From Pseudomonadota bacterium (lineage in GTDB: Bacteria; Pseudomonadota; Gammaproteobacteria; Xanthomonadales; Rhodanobacteraceae), in contig JAJYQO010000079.1 in NCBI GenBank assembly GCA_021794575.1, forward strand, positions 15,006 through 79,005: a DNA stretch of 64,000 nucleotides, in the 5' to 3' direction. The notes below the pieces were generated by a model, which was given only the letters and a program-made list of their open reading frames with translations, had not been told where the DNA came from and did no database searches. The translations under genes and the position numbers were made by a program. Positions 18,856 to 32,349 of the stretch are shown piece after piece; the stretch's first letter is position 1, and the number at the start of each line of letters is the position of its first letter.

Positions 18856-20033
18856 GCCGGCGCTCCGCTGGCGCGCAAGGCCTGTTCCAGGTCGGCGATC
18901 AGCACATCGCTGTCTTCCAGCCCGATCGACAGGCGGATCAGCTCCGGTGGCGCGCGCCCCAACTTGTGCTGCAGCGGTGCGCCTTCCGGCAGGAACGCCA
19001 CCAGCGGGCACACCAGCGATTCGTAGCCGCCCCAGGACACCGCCAACAGGAAGCGCCGCAGCGCATTGCAGAAACGCTCGATGGCGGCGCCATCGGCGGC
19101 CTTCAGCGTGAAGGACAGCAGTCCCGATGGCGCGCGCAGTTGCTTTTCGACCAACGCACGCTGCGGATGGTCGGGTTGGTACGGATACCACACCCGCGCC
19201 ACGCGCGCATGCGCAGCCAGGAACGCGGCTACGCGCGGCGTGGTCTCGGCGATGCGCTGCATGCGCAGCTTCAGCGTGCGCAGTCCGCGCAGCAGCAGTG
19301 CGGCGTCGTGTGGACTAGGCACCGCGCCCAGCGTCATGAACGGACCGCGGAACACACGCTCGATCAGCGCGCGTGTTCCGCACAATGCCCCGGCCACCAC
19401 GTCGCTGTGGCCGCCGATGTACTTGGTGGCCGAATGCGCCACCAGGTCGATGCCCAGCGCCAGCGGCGATTGGTTGAGCGGACTGGCGTGACTGTTGTCG
19501 CAAAGGGTCAGGATGCCGCGCCGCCGTGCCAGCGCGGCGATCGCCTCGAGATCCTGCAGCTCGTAGGTGAGCGAGTTGGGCGATTCCAGCACGATCAACC
19601 GCGTCTCTGGCCACAGCGCCGCCTCGACCTGCGCGGTGTCGACGGCGTCCACGAAGCTGTGCGCCACGCCGAAGCGCGCCAGCAGATCGGTCAGCAGCGC
19701 GCGCGTCCAACTGTAGGGTTTCTGCACGCACACCACGTGATCGCCGGCGCCCGTGCAGGCGACCACGGCGGCGGCGATGGCCGCCGCGCCGGAGGCGAAC
19801 ACCAGACACTCCTCCGCGCCCTCCAGCGCCGCCAGTTTGCGGCGTAGGATCTGCACGGTAGGGTTGTTGCCGCGCGTGTAGAGCGGGGCGTCCATCTCGT
19901 GCAGCGCCGCCTCGCGCATGGCCGCCACCGTGGGGAAGGTGAAGATCGAGCTTTGCAGGACCGGCGGCACCACTGCGCCGAAATACCGCTGGCGCTCCTC
20001 GCCCAGGTGGTTGAGGATCCAGTCCAGGTCCAT
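18852..20033 (-). CDS. PLP-dependent trans-sulfuration enzyme (cystathionine gamma-synthase/beta-lyase family)
   Basis: YTRGNNPT, FASGAAAI, ESPNS, DNSHASP, HSATKYIGGHSD (PLP Lys), RLSIGLED. Confidence 0.9.
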   Translation of the reverse strand: MDLDWILNHLGEERQRYFGAVVPPVLQSSIFTFPTVAAMREAALHEMDAPLYTRGNNPTVQILRRKLAALEGAEECLVFASGAAAIAAAVVACTGAGDHVVCVQKPYSWTRALLTDLLARFGVAHSFVDAVDTAQVEAALWPETRLIVLESPNSLTYELQDLEAIAALARRRGILTLCDNSHASPLNQSPLALGIDLVAHSATKYIGGHSDVVAGALCGTRALIERVFRGPFMTLGAVPSPHDAALLLRGLRTLKLRMQRIAETTPRVAAFLAAHARVARVWYPYQPDHPQRALVEKQLRAPSGLLSFTLKAADGAAIERFCNALRRFLLAVSWGGYESLVCPLVAFLPEGAPLQHKLGRAPPELIRLSIGLEDSDVLIADLEQALRASGAPA

Positions 20034-20896
20034 CAGCCGGACGCCGCACGCACCAGCGGCGCCAGTTCCGGATCTTCCAGCGCCAGCGCCAGCGTGGCGC
20101 GCACCAGGCCGGCCTTGGTGCCGCAGTCGAAACGCGTGCCTTCGAAGCGGTAAGCCAGCACCTCGCGCTCGTGCAGCAGCGCCTCGATGGCATCGGTAAG
20201 CTGGATCTCGCCGCCACTGCCCGGCGCGGTGGTGCGCAGCAACTCGAAGATGCGTCCGGGTAACACATAACGGCCGACGATGGCGAGGTTGGAGGGCGCC
20301 TCCTCGGGCCGCGGTTTTTCCACCACATAGCGCAGCCGCGCGGCCCGCTCGCTGACCGGCTCGGCGTCGACGATGCCGTATTGGTGCGTCTGCGTGCGCG
20401 GCACCTCCTCCACGGCTACCACCCCGCAGCCGCGCACGGCGGCCAGTTCGGCCATCTGCTTCAGCGCGCCGGCGTGCGGCGTACGGATCAGATCGTCCGG
20501 CAGAATCACGCCGAAGGGCTCATCGCCGATCACCGGTGCCGCGCACATCACGGCGTGGCCCAAGCCGCGCGCCTCCGGCTGGGTGACGAACACACAGCGC
20601 ACGTGCGCTGGCAGCACACTACGCACGATCTCCAGCAGATCGGTCTTGCCGGCCTCGGCCAGCTTCTGCTCGAGCTCATAGGCAGCGTCGAAGTAGTCGG
20701 CGATGGCGTGCTTGTAGCGATTGGTGACGAACACCAGAGTGTCGGCTCCTGCCTCCACCGCCTCGTCCACCGCGTACTGGATCAGCGGCCGGTCCAGCAC
20801 CGGCAGCATCTCCTTGGCCACCACCTTAGTGGCCGGCAAGAAGCGCGTGCCCAAGCCGGCCACGGGAAACACCACCTTATGCAGATGACGGCTCAT
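20033..20896 (-). CDS. galU: UTP--glucose-1-phosphate uridylyltransferase
   Basis: VFPVAGLGTRFLPATKVVAKEMLP, GLGHAV, VEKP, GGEIQLTDA. Confidence 0.95.
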   Translation of the reverse strand: MSRHLHKVVFPVAGLGTRFLPATKVVAKEMLPVLDRPLIQYAVDEAVEAGADTLVFVTNRYKHAIADYFDAAYELEQKLAEAGKTDLLEIVRSVLPAHVRCVFVTQPEARGLGHAVMCAAPVIGDEPFGVILPDDLIRTPHAGALKQMAELAAVRGCGVVAVEEVPRTQTHQYGIVDAEPVSERAARLRYVVEKPRPEEAPSNLAIVGRYVLPGRIFELLRTTAPGSGGEIQLTDAIEALLHEREVLAYRFEGTRFDCGTKAGLVRATLALALEDPELAPLVRAASG

Positions 20897-22797
20897 GCCG
20901 GATCTCCATTGTCGACACGCGTGAAGGGCAGCACGGTACCAACCGTCGCGGCCGGGTTGGGTATGAAGCTGGGCAGCAGCGTCTGCAGCACGCTTTCCAG
21001 GGCGGTTTCGTCGAACGCGGCTACGGCCTCGGCAGCGCGCGCCAGCTGTGCGTCCAGCAGTTCGCGGCTGATCGCGCGCGGCGCCGCCAGAAACAGCTTG
21101 GGATGCGCGGTGGGCGCATAGTTTTCGCGCGGGTGGAACAGTTCCTCGAACAGTTTCTCGCCCGGCCGCAGGCCGCTGTAGACGATTGCGATGTCGCGCC
21201 CGGGCCGCTTGCCGGAGAGGCGGATCATCTGCTCGGCCAAGTCGTGGATACGCACCGGCTCACCCATGTCCAGCGCGAAGATGTCACCGCTGTGCCCTTG
21301 CACCGCCGCCTGCAGGATCAGCTGACTGGCCTCGGGAATGGTCATGAAATAGCGCGTGACTTCGGGATGGGTGACCGTCACCGGGCCACCGCGCGCGATC
21401 TGCTCGCGGAACAGCGGCACCACCGAGCCAGCCGAATCCAGCACGTTGCCGAAACGCACGGTCACGAAATCGCAGGCGGGCACGCGCTGCGCCTCGGCCA
21501 GGCATGCCATCTCGGCGATGCGCTTGCTGGCGCCCATGACGCTGGACGGGTTCACCGCCTTGTCGGTGGAGACCAGCACGAAACTGGTCACGCCGGCCAC
21601 GCCGGCAGCCTGCGCCAGCGTGCGCGTGGCCAGCACATTGTTGCGCAACGCCTGGCGCGTCTGGTTTTGCAGCAGCGGCACGTGCTTGTAGGCGGCCGCG
21701 TGCAGCACGACCTGCGCATGCGAAACGGCCAGCGCGTTACGCACTGCGGCGGGGTCGCCGCAATCGCCGAGCAGTGGGCGCAACAGCAGATCGGGAAAGG
21801 TGGACTGCAGCTCGCTTGCGATACGGTAAAGGTTGAACTCGCTGATCTCGAGGATGGTCAGCGAGGCCGCGCCCAGGCGCGCCACCTGGCGGCACAGCTC
21901 GCTGCCGATCGAGCCGCCACCGCCGCTGACCAGCACGTGGCGTCCGACGAAACCGGCGCGCACGCGCTCCCAGTCCAGATCGATGGCGTCGCGGCCAAGC
22001 AGATCCTCGATCGACACCGGCTTCAGTTCGTTGCGCTGCGCGCGGCCGCTGACCACATCTTCCAGACGCGGCAACGTACGGAATGGCAGGCCACTGCGTT
22101 CGCACAGCGCGACGGCGCGACGCATCTGCGCGGCATTTGCCGAAGGCATGGCGATCAGCAGCATCTGCGCGCCGCTGGCTTGTGCAAGCTCGGGCAATTG
22201 CTCGAGCGTGCCCAACACCGGCACGCCCTGCACGCGCGCGCCGCGCAGCTGTGGCGCATCGTCGACACAGCCCACTACCCGGTAGCGCGCGTCGCGGCGC
22301 AGGTCACGCAGCAGGGCGTCACCGGCGCGTCCGGCGCCGATCACCATCACGCGCGTCAACGGCTGTTGGCCGAACAGCTCCAGGCGACTGTCTTTCCAGT
22401 AGCGGTACAACAGCCGTGGCACGCCTAGCGCGAACGCCAGGATCAGCGGATACAGGAACAGCACCGAGCGCGGCACGCCGGCCAAGCGGTCGAGCAGAAA
22501 CAGCGCCACGCCGACTAGCACCGCGCCCAGCGCGCAGGCGCGAGCGATGTTCCACAGGTCCGGCACGCTGGCGAAACGCCACAGCCCGCGATACAGGCCG
22601 GTCCAGGCGAACACCGCGCCCTGCACCGCCAGCACCATCGCCAGCTCGCGCACACCGATATGCATACTGCCCGCGTGCGCCAGCTGGTAACGCAGCAGCT
22701 TGGCCAGCCACCATGCCAGCGCCACCATGCCCAAGTCATGCATGACCACGGCGGCGCGCGGGGGCAGCAAACCCAGACGTAATTCAGACAGACGCAT
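20893..22797 (-). CDS. Nucleoside-diphosphate sugar dehydratase (WbpM/CapD/PglF family)
   Basis: N-terminal TMs, GAGRAG, SGGGGSIGSEL, HAAAYKHVP, STDKAVNP, VRFGNVL, MTIPEA. Confidence 0.93.
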   Translation of the reverse strand: MRLSELRLGLLPPRAAVVMHDLGMVALAWWLAKLLRYQLAHAGSMHIGVRELAMVLAVQGAVFAWTGLYRGLWRFASVPDLWNIARACALGAVLVGVALFLLDRLAGVPRSVLFLYPLILAFALGVPRLLYRYWKDSRLELFGQQPLTRVMVIGAGRAGDALLRDLRRDARYRVVGCVDDAPQLRGARVQGVPVLGTLEQLPELAQASGAQMLLIAMPSANAAQMRRAVALCERSGLPFRTLPRLEDVVSGRAQRNELKPVSIEDLLGRDAIDLDWERVRAGFVGRHVLVSGGGGSIGSELCRQVARLGAASLTILEISEFNLYRIASELQSTFPDLLLRPLLGDCGDPAAVRNALAVSHAQVVLHAAAYKHVPLLQNQTRQALRNNVLATRTLAQAAGVAGVTSFVLVSTDKAVNPSSVMGASKRIAEMACLAEAQRVPACDFVTVRFGNVLDSAGSVVPLFREQIARGGPVTVTHPEVTRYFMTIPEASQLILQAAVQGHSGDIFALDMGEPVRIHDLAEQMIRLSGKRPGRDIAIVYSGLRPGEKLFEELFHPRENYAPTAHPKLFLAAPRAISRELLDAQLARAAEAVAAFDETALESVLQTLLPSFIPNPAATVGTVLPFTRVDNGDPA

Positions 22798-23842
22798 GGC
22801 GAATCCCGTTACTGCGCAGCGCTGCCCGGCAGGCGCTTTTGCCCCACCACCACAGCACGCCGGCCAGCATATAGAGGCCTGCCACCAGCCACCAGCCCAG
22901 GGTCGCATCGCGCGCGGCCAGCACCGCCAGCGGCAGCGCCAGCAGCAAGTTCCAGAGCAGGTAGGTCAGCAGCGGCAGGCGGTGCGAGCGATGCGCGCGC
23001 GCCAGCCACTGGTACAGATGCTCGCGGTGCGGGCGCCACCAGCGGCGGCCGCGCAGCATGCGCCACAGCAAGGTGACGCTGGCGTCCGCGATGAAGGCGG
23101 AGCACAGCAGCAACGCCGCCGGCAACGGCCAGACGCCCTGCACCACGCCCGTCAACGCCAGCGCAGCCAGCATGAAGCCCAGCGCGCCGCTGCCCACATC
23201 GCCCATGAAAACCCGCGCGCGCGGCAGCGGCAGGTTGAACGGGGCGAATCCGGCCACTGCCGCCGCCAGCAACAGTGCGGTGGCGCGCAACGCCACGGCA
23301 TGCGCCGATCCGGCCAGCAGCGCCAAGCCCAGCGCGACCAGCAGTGCCTGCGCGGCCAGCAGGCCATCGCTGCCATCCATGAAGTTGTGCAGGTTGATAG
23401 ACCAGGCCGTGGCCAGTATCAGCAGGCCTGCGGCGGCAACGGCCAGCGGCAAGGCCAGCGCGCTCGCAAGCCAGGGCCACAAGCTCACCGCCAGCAATGC
23501 GCCGGCCAGCAGGTGCCCGGACAGTCGCGGCGCGATGCCCAGACCCCCGTGGTCGTCGCGCGCGCCCAGCAGTGCGGTCAGCAACAGCGCCAACCACCAC
23601 AGCAGCAGCCCGTGCGCGGGCACCGCCACCCCCGTGGTCAACGCGAGCAGGGGCAGGCCCACCAGCAGGGCCAGCACGATGCCGGCGCCGCCACCGCGCG
23701 GGGTAGGCTGCCGGTGCAGGCGGCGCTGGCCGGGATGGTCCAGCAGTCCGCGCCGGCGCGCGTAGCCGATCATCACCGCCACCAGCGACGCCGAAACCAG
23801 CAGCACCAGCAGGAGCAACAGCGCCAGCGGCACGGCTCCCAC
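22784..23842 (-). CDS. Glycosyltransferase family 4 (WbpL/MraY-like undecaprenyl-phosphate sugar-1-P transferase)
   Basis: H..PTPRGGG, NLHNFMDGSDG, VFMGDVGS, HREHLYQ; start approximate. Confidence 0.88.
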   Translation of the reverse strand: MGAVPLALLLLLVLLVSASLVAVMIGYARRRGLLDHPGQRRLHRQPTPRGGGAGIVLALLVGLPLLALTTGVAVPAHGLLLWWLALLLTALLGARDDHGGLGIAPRLSGHLLAGALLAVSLWPWLASALALPLAVAAAGLLILATAWSINLHNFMDGSDGLLAAQALLVALGLALLAGSAHAVALRATALLLAAAVAGFAPFNLPLPRARVFMGDVGSGALGFMLAALALTGVVQGVWPLPAALLLCSAFIADASVTLLWRMLRGRRWWRPHREHLYQWLARAHRSHRLPLLTYLLWNLLLALPLAVLAARDATLGWWLVAGLYMLAGVLWWWGKSACRAALRSNGIRHASV

Positions 23843-23843
23843 C

Positions 23844-25013
23844 TCAGGCACCGGTGGCGCCATGCACCGGGCGCAGCGAACTCCAGCTCTTGCAACTCGG
23901 GCACTGCCAGTGGTGGGCGCGTGCGCCGAACCCGCACTGGGTGCAGCGGTACAGCGCCTGGCCCTCGAGCAGCGCGGCGGTGAGATCGCGCAGCAGGCGC
24001 AGGCTGGCCTCGCTATCGCCACCACCCTCGATGGCGGTGTCCATCAGTTGCACCAGCCCGCGCACCGAGGGACGCTGCCGCAGTTGCGTGCCGAGGAAAT
24101 CGACCGCACGACGCTGGCCGTCGCGCCGCGCGTAGATACGCGCCAGCGCCAGCACCGGCGAAACGCCCTCGTAGCGTGTCACGATGCGGCCCAGTACCTG
24201 CTCGGCGCGCTCCATCTGCTGGGCGCGCGCGTAGGTGTCGAGCAATGCCGGCAGGATCTCAGGCACGTAGTCGATATCCGCGTCCAGGGCCTGCTCGTAG
24301 GCGACGATGGCGTCGGTGTATTCGGCGCTCGCCGCCGCGAAACGGCCGTGCAGCATGTGCGCACGCACGAAGCCCGGAAACGCGGCAAACGCCTGACGCA
24401 GATACTCGCCGGCTTCTTGCGTGGCGCCGTGCGCCTGCGCGCGCTCGGCCAACTCGCAGTAGAAATGGGCGATCTGCAGCGCCTGCACCTCGCCCGAGGT
24501 TTCCTCGAGCCGGCGCGCGTAGAGAATGGCCTTGTGCCAGTCGCGCTCGTGCTGGCAGATGGCGATCAGATGGCGCAATGCCGAGGGCGCCTGCGCGTTC
24601 ATCGCCACCAGATCGGCGAACAGCGTCTCGGCGCGATCCAGCAGGCCGGCGCGCATGTAGTCCTCGCCCAGTTCCAGCAACGCCATGGTCTTGAAGTCAT
24701 CATTAAGGTTGGGCCGCGCGATCAGGTGTTGGTGCACGCGAATGGCGCGTTCGACCTCGCCGCGGCGGCGAAACAGATTGCCCAGCGCCAGATGCGTCTC
24801 GACGGTGTCGCGATTGGCCTCGGCCAGCTTGAGGAACTCCTCGATGGCCTTGTCCGGCTGCTCGTTGAGCAGGTAGTTCAAGCCACGGAAATAGCTCGAT
24901 GAAAGCTCATCGACGCGCGCGCCGGAGTGACGCGCGCCCAGCCTGCGCGCCGTCCACCAGCCGGAAAGGAACGCCACCGGCAGCAGCATGAACAGCAGCA
25001 GCAGCGGATTCAT
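23844..25013 (-). CDS. lapB: LPS assembly protein LapB
   Basis: YFRGLNYLLNEQPDKAI, TPRs, C-terminal rubredoxin CTQCGF..CPSC. Confidence 0.95.
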   Translation of the reverse strand: MNPLLLLFMLLPVAFLSGWWTARRLGARHSGARVDELSSSYFRGLNYLLNEQPDKAIEEFLKLAEANRDTVETHLALGNLFRRRGEVERAIRVHQHLIARPNLNDDFKTMALLELGEDYMRAGLLDRAETLFADLVAMNAQAPSALRHLIAICQHERDWHKAILYARRLEETSGEVQALQIAHFYCELAERAQAHGATQEAGEYLRQAFAAFPGFVRAHMLHGRFAAASAEYTDAIVAYEQALDADIDYVPEILPALLDTYARAQQMERAEQVLGRIVTRYEGVSPVLALARIYARRDGQRRAVDFLGTQLRQRPSVRGLVQLMDTAIEGGGDSEASLRLLRDLTAALLEGQALYRCTQCGFGARAHHWQCPSCKSWSSLRPVHGATGA

Positions 25014-25255
25014 GCCGGATCGTGACCGCCCTGCCCGCGCCGCGCTGCGCCGCGCCGCCGCAGACCGCGCCCCAGCCAGGCGCCGAGCCCGCCCAGCAGC
25101 CAACCCAGCACCAGCACCGCCAGCAGAGTTACACCTTTGGGCAGATCGGCCTCGGTGATCAGGAAATCGTAGTGCACCGGGCCCGCGTTGAGCGCGGCGA
25201 AGCCGGCGCCCAACAAAGCGAAGATCAACAGCAGGGCGGCAATCACGAAGCGCAT
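25010..25255 (-). CDS. lapA: LapA family membrane protein
   Basis: Two TM helices with 'FAALNAGPV', between ihfB and lapB. Confidence 0.8.
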   Translation of the reverse strand: MRFVIAALLLIFALLGAGFAALNAGPVHYDFLITEADLPKGVTLLAVLVLGWLLGGLGAWLGRGLRRRGAARRGQGGHDPA

Positions 25256-25342
25256 GGCATTTCCCTCACCCTCACTTTAGCAGGGCTTGCGCGCGCGGCC
25301 GGCACGCTGCGCGGCATCGCGCATGCACGGTGCGTCCGATGT

Positions 25343-25624
25343 TCAGCCGTTGTTGACGCGCTCGCGCAGTTCCTTGCCGGGTTTGAAATGCGGAACGAAC
25401 TTGCCGGACAGTGCCACCGCCTCGCCGGTCTTGGGGTTGCGCCCGATGCGCGGGGCGCGGTGGTGCAGCGAGAAGCTGCCGAAGCCGCGCACCTCGATGC
25501 GTTCACCCGCAGCCAGCGCTTCGGTCATCTGGTCGAGCACGTGCTTGACGCCGATTTCGACGTCGGCAAGGGCCAGATGCGCCTGGCCGCCGGCCAGGGC
25601 TTCGATGAGGTCGGATTTGGTCAT
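25343..25624 (-). CDS. ihfB: Integration host factor beta
   Basis: [39 protein letters not shown]. Confidence 0.97.
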   Translation of the reverse strand: MTKSDLIEALAGGQAHLALADVEIGVKHVLDQMTEALAAGERIEVRGFGSFSLHHRAPRIGRNPKTGEAVALSGKFVPHFKPGKELRERVNNG

Positions 25625-25676
25625 AAGGCGCCAGCGTGGCGGCGGGCCGTGGCCCGCCGCTTGGGTGTGGGACGGA

Positions 25677-27344
25677 TCAACCCTTGTTCATTTGTTCCTT
25701 GAGCAGAGCACCCAGCTTGGTGGTGCCGCCGGTGTTGCTCTGGTACTCGGCCAGCGTTTCCTGCATCTCGGCCTCGTCCTTGGCGCGGATCGACAACTGC
25801 ATCTGCCGGCCCTTGCGATCCATGCCGGTGAACTTGGCCTCGACCTTGTCGCCCACCTTGAGGTACTGGGTGGCGTCCTCGACGCGCTCTTTGGCGATGT
25901 CGTTGGCGCGCACATAACCCTCGACGCCGTCCTCGAGCGCGATCAGGGCGCCCTTGGCGTCCACTTCCTTGACCACGCCGGTGACGACGCTGCCGCGCGG
26001 ATGACCGGCCATGAACTGGCCGAACGGATCCTGCTCCATCTGCTTGACGCCCAGACTGATGCGTTCGCGCTCCGGATCGACTGCCAACACCACGGCCTCG
26101 ACCTCGTCGCCCTTCTTGAAGTTGCGTACCAGGTCTTCGCCGGTGCTGTTCCAGGAGATGTCGGACAGGTGCACCAGTCCGTCGATACCGCCATCCAGGC
26201 CGATGAAGATGCCGAAGTCGGTGATCGACTTGATGGCGCCGCGCACACGGTCGCCCTTCTTGTGGATCGCGGCGAAGGTCTCCCAGGGATTGGCGCGGGT
26301 CTGCTTGATGCCCAGCGAGATGCGGCGACGCTCTTCATCCACGTCCAACACCATCACTTCGCACTCGTCACCCACCTGCACCACCTTGGCCGGGTTGACG
26401 TTCTTGTTGGTCCAGTCCATCTCGGAGACGTGCACCAGGCCTTCGACGCCCGGCTCGATCTCGACGAAGCAGCCGTAATCGGTGACGTTGCTGACCTTGC
26501 CGAACAGGCGGCTGTTGACCGGGTAACGGCGCGCGATGTTGACCCACGGATCGTCGCCCAACTGCTTGAGACCCAGGCTGACGCGGTTGCGCTCGCGGTC
26601 GAACTTCAGTACGCGCACTTCCAGTTCGTCGCCGACGTTGACCACTTCGGAAGGATGACGCACGCGCTTCCACGCCATGTCGGTAATGTGCAGCAGGCCG
26701 TCGATGCCGCCGAGGTCGACGAAGGCGCCGTAATCGGTGAGGTTCTTCACCACGCCCTTCAGCACCGCGCCTTCCTGCAGACGCTCCATCAACTGCTCGC
26801 GCTCGGCGGAGAACTCGCTCTCGACCACCGCGCGGCGGCTGACCACCACGTTATTGCGCTTGCGATCGAGCTTGATCAGCTTGAACTCGAGATCTTTGCC
26901 TTCCAGATACACCGGGTCGCGCACCGGGCGCACGTCTACCAGGGATCCGGGCAAGAACGCGCGCACGTCCTTGATGTCGACCGTGAAACCGCCCTTGACC
27001 TTGCCGGTGATGCGGCCGCTGATCGCGGTGTTGTTGGTGAAGGCCTCCTCGAGATCGTCCCACACCATCGAGCGCTTGGCCTTCTCGCGCGAGAGCTTGG
27101 TTTCGCCGGTGCCGTTCTCGATCGCGTCCAGCGCGACTTTGACCTCGTCGCCGACCTTGATGTTGATCTGGCCCTCGTCGTCGCGGAATTCCTCGATCGG
27201 AATGATGCCCTCGCTCTTGAGGCCCGCGTTGATGACGACGATGTCGGAGCGCACATCGACCACTGTGCCCAGCACGATCGACCCGGGCTTGAGCTTGGTC
27301 AGGGTCTGGCTCTTCTCGAACAGCTCGGCGAAACTTTCAGTCAT
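25677..27344 (-). CDS. rpsA: 30S ribosomal protein S1
   Basis: [10 protein letters not shown], six S1 repeats. Confidence 0.98.
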   Translation of the reverse strand: MTESFAELFEKSQTLTKLKPGSIVLGTVVDVRSDIVVINAGLKSEGIIPIEEFRDDEGQINIKVGDEVKVALDAIENGTGETKLSREKAKRSMVWDDLEEAFTNNTAISGRITGKVKGGFTVDIKDVRAFLPGSLVDVRPVRDPVYLEGKDLEFKLIKLDRKRNNVVVSRRAVVESEFSAEREQLMERLQEGAVLKGVVKNLTDYGAFVDLGGIDGLLHITDMAWKRVRHPSEVVNVGDELEVRVLKFDRERNRVSLGLKQLGDDPWVNIARRYPVNSRLFGKVSNVTDYGCFVEIEPGVEGLVHVSEMDWTNKNVNPAKVVQVGDECEVMVLDVDEERRRISLGIKQTRANPWETFAAIHKKGDRVRGAIKSITDFGIFIGLDGGIDGLVHLSDISWNSTGEDLVRNFKKGDEVEAVVLAVDPERERISLGVKQMEQDPFGQFMAGHPRGSVVTGVVKEVDAKGALIALEDGVEGYVRANDIAKERVEDATQYLKVGDKVEAKFTGMDRKGRQMQLSIRAKDEAEMQETLAEYQSNTGGTTKLGALLKEQMNKG

Positions 27345-27456
27345 GGGTTTGTCCAGAATGGCTGGCGGCCCGCCACGCAGCGGGAGCAGCCGGTTGTGGG
27401 CGCTTGCGCGCCGTTGAATACCGCCCTCGCGGGCGGGCCTTGCGCGCTGCCGCGGC

Positions 27457-28155
27457 TCAACGCCCCGGCAGCAGCGCCAGAATCCTCGCTACGACTGTCT
27501 CGATCGGCACTCCGGTGGTGTCGAGCATCACCGCATCCGGTGCGGGCTTCAGCGGCGCCACCGCGCGCTCGGCATCGCGCGTGTCGCGCGCCTCAATTTC
27601 CCGCAACAGGTCATCGAGTGTAACCGTCAGGCCCTTGTCCTTCAACTGCTTATGACGCCTGCGCGCACGCTCGGCGGCGCTGGCGGTCAGAAACACCTTG
27701 GTCGCGGCGTCGGGGAAGATCACCGTGCCCATGTCGCGGCCATCGGCCACCAGTCCCGGCGCCGTGCGAAACGCGCGCTGCTTGTCCAGCAGGGCCGCGC
27801 GCACGCCGGGGATGGCGGCGATGGCCGAGGCCGCCGCACCGCAGGTTTCGGTGCGGATCTCGGAGCTGACGTCGACGCCACCCACCAGCACCCGCGTCTC
27901 GCCACCGTCACCCGGATCGCGGAAGCCGATGCAGGTGTGGCCGGCGCAGCGGGTTACGGCCGCGGCATCGGAAAGATCGATGCCCGCCAGCGAGGCCGCG
28001 TAACCCACGGCGCGATACAGCGCACCGGAATCCAGGAGGTGCCAGCCCAGCCGCGTGGCGATCAGGCGACTGATGGTGCCTTTGCCGGAACCCGAGGGCC
28101 CATCGATGGTCAGGACAGGAATGGGCGGAGCGGCTGGCACGCTGACCTCGGGCAC
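27457..28155 (-). CDS. cmk: Cytidylate kinase
   Basis: [32 protein letters not shown]. Confidence 0.97.
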   Translation of the reverse strand: MPEVSVPAAPPIPVLTIDGPSGSGKGTISRLIATRLGWHLLDSGALYRAVGYAASLAGIDLSDAAAVTRCAGHTCIGFRDPGDGGETRVLVGGVDVSSEIRTETCGAAASAIAAIPGVRAALLDKQRAFRTAPGLVADGRDMGTVIFPDAATKVFLTASAAERARRRHKQLKDKGLTVTLDDLLREIEARDTRDAERAVAPLKPAPDAVMLDTTGVPIETVVARILALLPGR

Positions 28156-28194
28156 AAAACCGCCATAGCTTAGCCAATGTCGGCGCTGCGCCGG

Positions 28195-29166
28195 TCAGGC
28201 GCGCGCGAAGTCGAAAGCCAGCACCTCGCCGATGCGCGCCGCACCGGCCATGCCCATCAGCAGGCGGTCGACGCCCAGCGCGACACCGCTGCTATCGGGC
28301 AGGTCGCCCAGCGCGGCCAGCAGATTCTCATCCCGCGGCATCGCGGGCAAGCCGCGTGCGCGCCGGCGCGCGTTGTCCGCCCGGAAGCGGCGGCGCTGCT
28401 CGGCTGCGTCGTTGAGCTCGTGGTAGCCATTGGCCAGTTCGAACGCACCCAGATACACCTCGAAACGTGCCGCCACCGGCGGATCGCCCGGCCGCACCCG
28501 CGCCAGCGCGCACTGGCTGGCCGGATAGTCGTGGACCACGGTGATCAGGCCGGACGGCAGCAGCGGCTGGATGCGATGGGTCAACAGCAAATCCAGCCAG
28601 TCATCGCGATCCAGCCCTTCGGGGTGTACCTGCAACCCGCCAAGCGCCGCGCGCAGCGTCTGCACATCTGCGCCATGCGCGTCCACGCCCAGCGCGCGCG
28701 CAAACAGTTCCGCGTAGGTCAGCACCTCGACACGCGCGGTCTGCGCGATCGACGCCAGCGCCGCCTGCACCAGTTCGGCCACTTCCAGCGCCAGCCGACG
28801 CGCATCCCAGCCGACGCGGTACCACTCCAATAGGGTGAACTCGGGATTGTGGCGGCTGCCGGCCTCGCCATCACGGAACACGCGGCCCAGCTCGTAGCAG
28901 TCGCCCAGACCCGCGGCCAGTAGGCGCTTGAGCGGAAACTCGGGTGACGTGCGCAGCCAGCGCGTCGCCGGCCCGGCATCGGTATGGCCATGAAAACGCG
29001 TACGGAAGCTGGCAATGTTGGGATCGGTGTTGGCGGCCGCCGAGAGCATCGGCGTTTCCACTTCCAGCACGCCGCGCTGGGCAAAGAACGCGCGGATCAG
29101 CGCGTACAGCCGTGCGCGCAGCACCAGGCGCTCACGCAGTCCCGGCGTGGCCCCGGTGCCACTCAG
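28195..29166 (-). CDS. epmA: EF-P lysine aminoacylase
   Basis: [52 protein letters not shown]; start approximate. Confidence 0.93.
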   Translation of the reverse strand: MSGTGATPGLRERLVLRARLYALIRAFFAQRGVLEVETPMLSAAANTDPNIASFRTRFHGHTDAGPATRWLRTSPEFPLKRLLAAGLGDCYELGRVFRDGEAGSRHNPEFTLLEWYRVGWDARRLALEVAELVQAALASIAQTARVEVLTYAELFARALGVDAHGADVQTLRAALGGLQVHPEGLDRDDWLDLLLTHRIQPLLPSGLITVVHDYPASQCALARVRPGDPPVAARFEVYLGAFELANGYHELNDAAEQRRRFRADNARRRARGLPAMPRDENLLAALGDLPDSSGVALGVDRLLMGMAGAARIGEVLAFDFARA

Positions 29167-30269
29167 GACGTCACCCGCGACCAAAACGACTTCACGCCGT
29201 CCATGAACGAATGTGCGCGCGGCGAATGCTCGTCGCCGCCGCTGCCGGTCATGCTGGCATCGAACTGCTCCAGCAGCTCGCGCTGCTCGCGGGTCAGGCG
29301 CACCGGGGTTTCGACCGCGATGTGGCACACCAGGTCGCCGGCGCGGCCGCCGCGCACCGAGCGCACGCCGCGGCCGCGCATACGGATGATCTGGCCGCTT
29401 TGCGTCTCCGGCGGCACGCTCAGGTTGACCTCGCCGTCCAGCGTCGGCACGCGGATCTCCGCGCCCAGCGCGGCCTGCACCATGCGCACCGGCACCTCGC
29501 AGTGCAGATCGTCGCCGTCGCGCTGGAACAGCGCATGCGTGCGCACGCGCACCTCGACGTAGAGGTCGCCCGGCGGCAGCCCGCCCGGCCCGGGCTCGCC
29601 CTGCCCGGCCAGGCGGATGCGATCGCCGCTGTCAACACCCGCGGGAATGCGCACTTCGAGTGTGCGCACGCGCTCCACATGGCCTTCGCCGCGACACTGC
29701 GCGCAGGGCGTTTCCACCACGCGGCCGCTGCCGCGGCAATGCGGGCAGGCCTGCTGCACCGAGAACATCCCGTTCTGGATGCGCACGCGGCCCTGGCCGC
29801 GACAGGTCGGACAGACGATGCTGCGGCCATTGGCCGAACCGCTGCCCTTGCAGGATTCGCAGGCGACGATGCCCGGCACCTCGATTGTCTTGCCGCAACC
29901 GGCCACGGCTTCTTCGAGGTCCAGCTCGAGCAGGTAGCGCAGGTCGCCGCCGCGACGCGGGCGGCCGCCGCCGAAGATGTCGGCGAAGATGTCACCGAAC
30001 ATGTCACCCATGTCGCCAAAGCCGGCGCCGGCAGACCCGCCGCCATTGAAGGCGGCATGGCCGTGGCGGTCGTACTGCGCGCGTTTCTGGCCGTCGCACA
30101 GTACCTCGTAGGCCTCCTTGGCCTCCTTGAACCTGTCCTGCGCCGACGGATCGTCGGGGCAGCGGTCCGGGTGGTACTTCATGGCCAGGCGCCGGAACGC
30201 CTTCTTGATTTCGTCCTCGGCTGCGCCGCGGGCAACGCCCAGGACTTCGTAGTAATCGCGTTTGCTCAT
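29163..30269 (-). CDS. dnaJ: Chaperone DnaJ
   Basis: J domain with HPD, four CxxCxGxG repeats. Confidence 0.98.
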   Translation of the reverse strand: MSKRDYYEVLGVARGAAEDEIKKAFRRLAMKYHPDRCPDDPSAQDRFKEAKEAYEVLCDGQKRAQYDRHGHAAFNGGGSAGAGFGDMGDMFGDIFADIFGGGRPRRGGDLRYLLELDLEEAVAGCGKTIEVPGIVACESCKGSGSANGRSIVCPTCRGQGRVRIQNGMFSVQQACPHCRGSGRVVETPCAQCRGEGHVERVRTLEVRIPAGVDSGDRIRLAGQGEPGPGGLPPGDLYVEVRVRTHALFQRDGDDLHCEVPVRMVQAALGAEIRVPTLDGEVNLSVPPETQSGQIIRMRGRGVRSVRGGRAGDLVCHIAVETPVRLTREQRELLEQFDASMTGSGGDEHSPRAHSFMDGVKSFWSRVTS

Positions 30270-30299
30270 GCTTTTGGGTCGCGGCGCGGAAACTCGGAC

Positions 30300-30332
30300 G
30301 GAACGGGAAGCCGCAGCGCGGCTTCCCGTTCC
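30300..30332. other. Perfect 15-bp hairpin in the dnaK-dnaJ spacer (attenuator or mRNA-stability element)
   Basis: GGAACGGGAAGCCGC-AGC-GCGGCTTCCCGTTCC. Confidence 0.7.
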
Positions 30333-30347
30333 AGCATGCCCGATGGC

Positions 30348-32261
<1,914 letters not shown>

Positions 32262-32323
32262 GGGTCAGCTCCGGGAAAATTGGATTCTTGAACGGTTGCG
32301 GCCGCTGCCGCGCTGGTTTCGAC

Positions 32324-32349
32324 GTGGGGCTGGCGGGTGCCGATTCAAG
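32324..32349 (-). promoter_or_regulatory. sigma32 (RpoH) promoter for dnaK
   Basis: Minus strand CTTGAA-N14-CCCCAC(GT), matching the consensus CTTGAA-N13-15-CCCCATNT. Confidence 0.8.
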
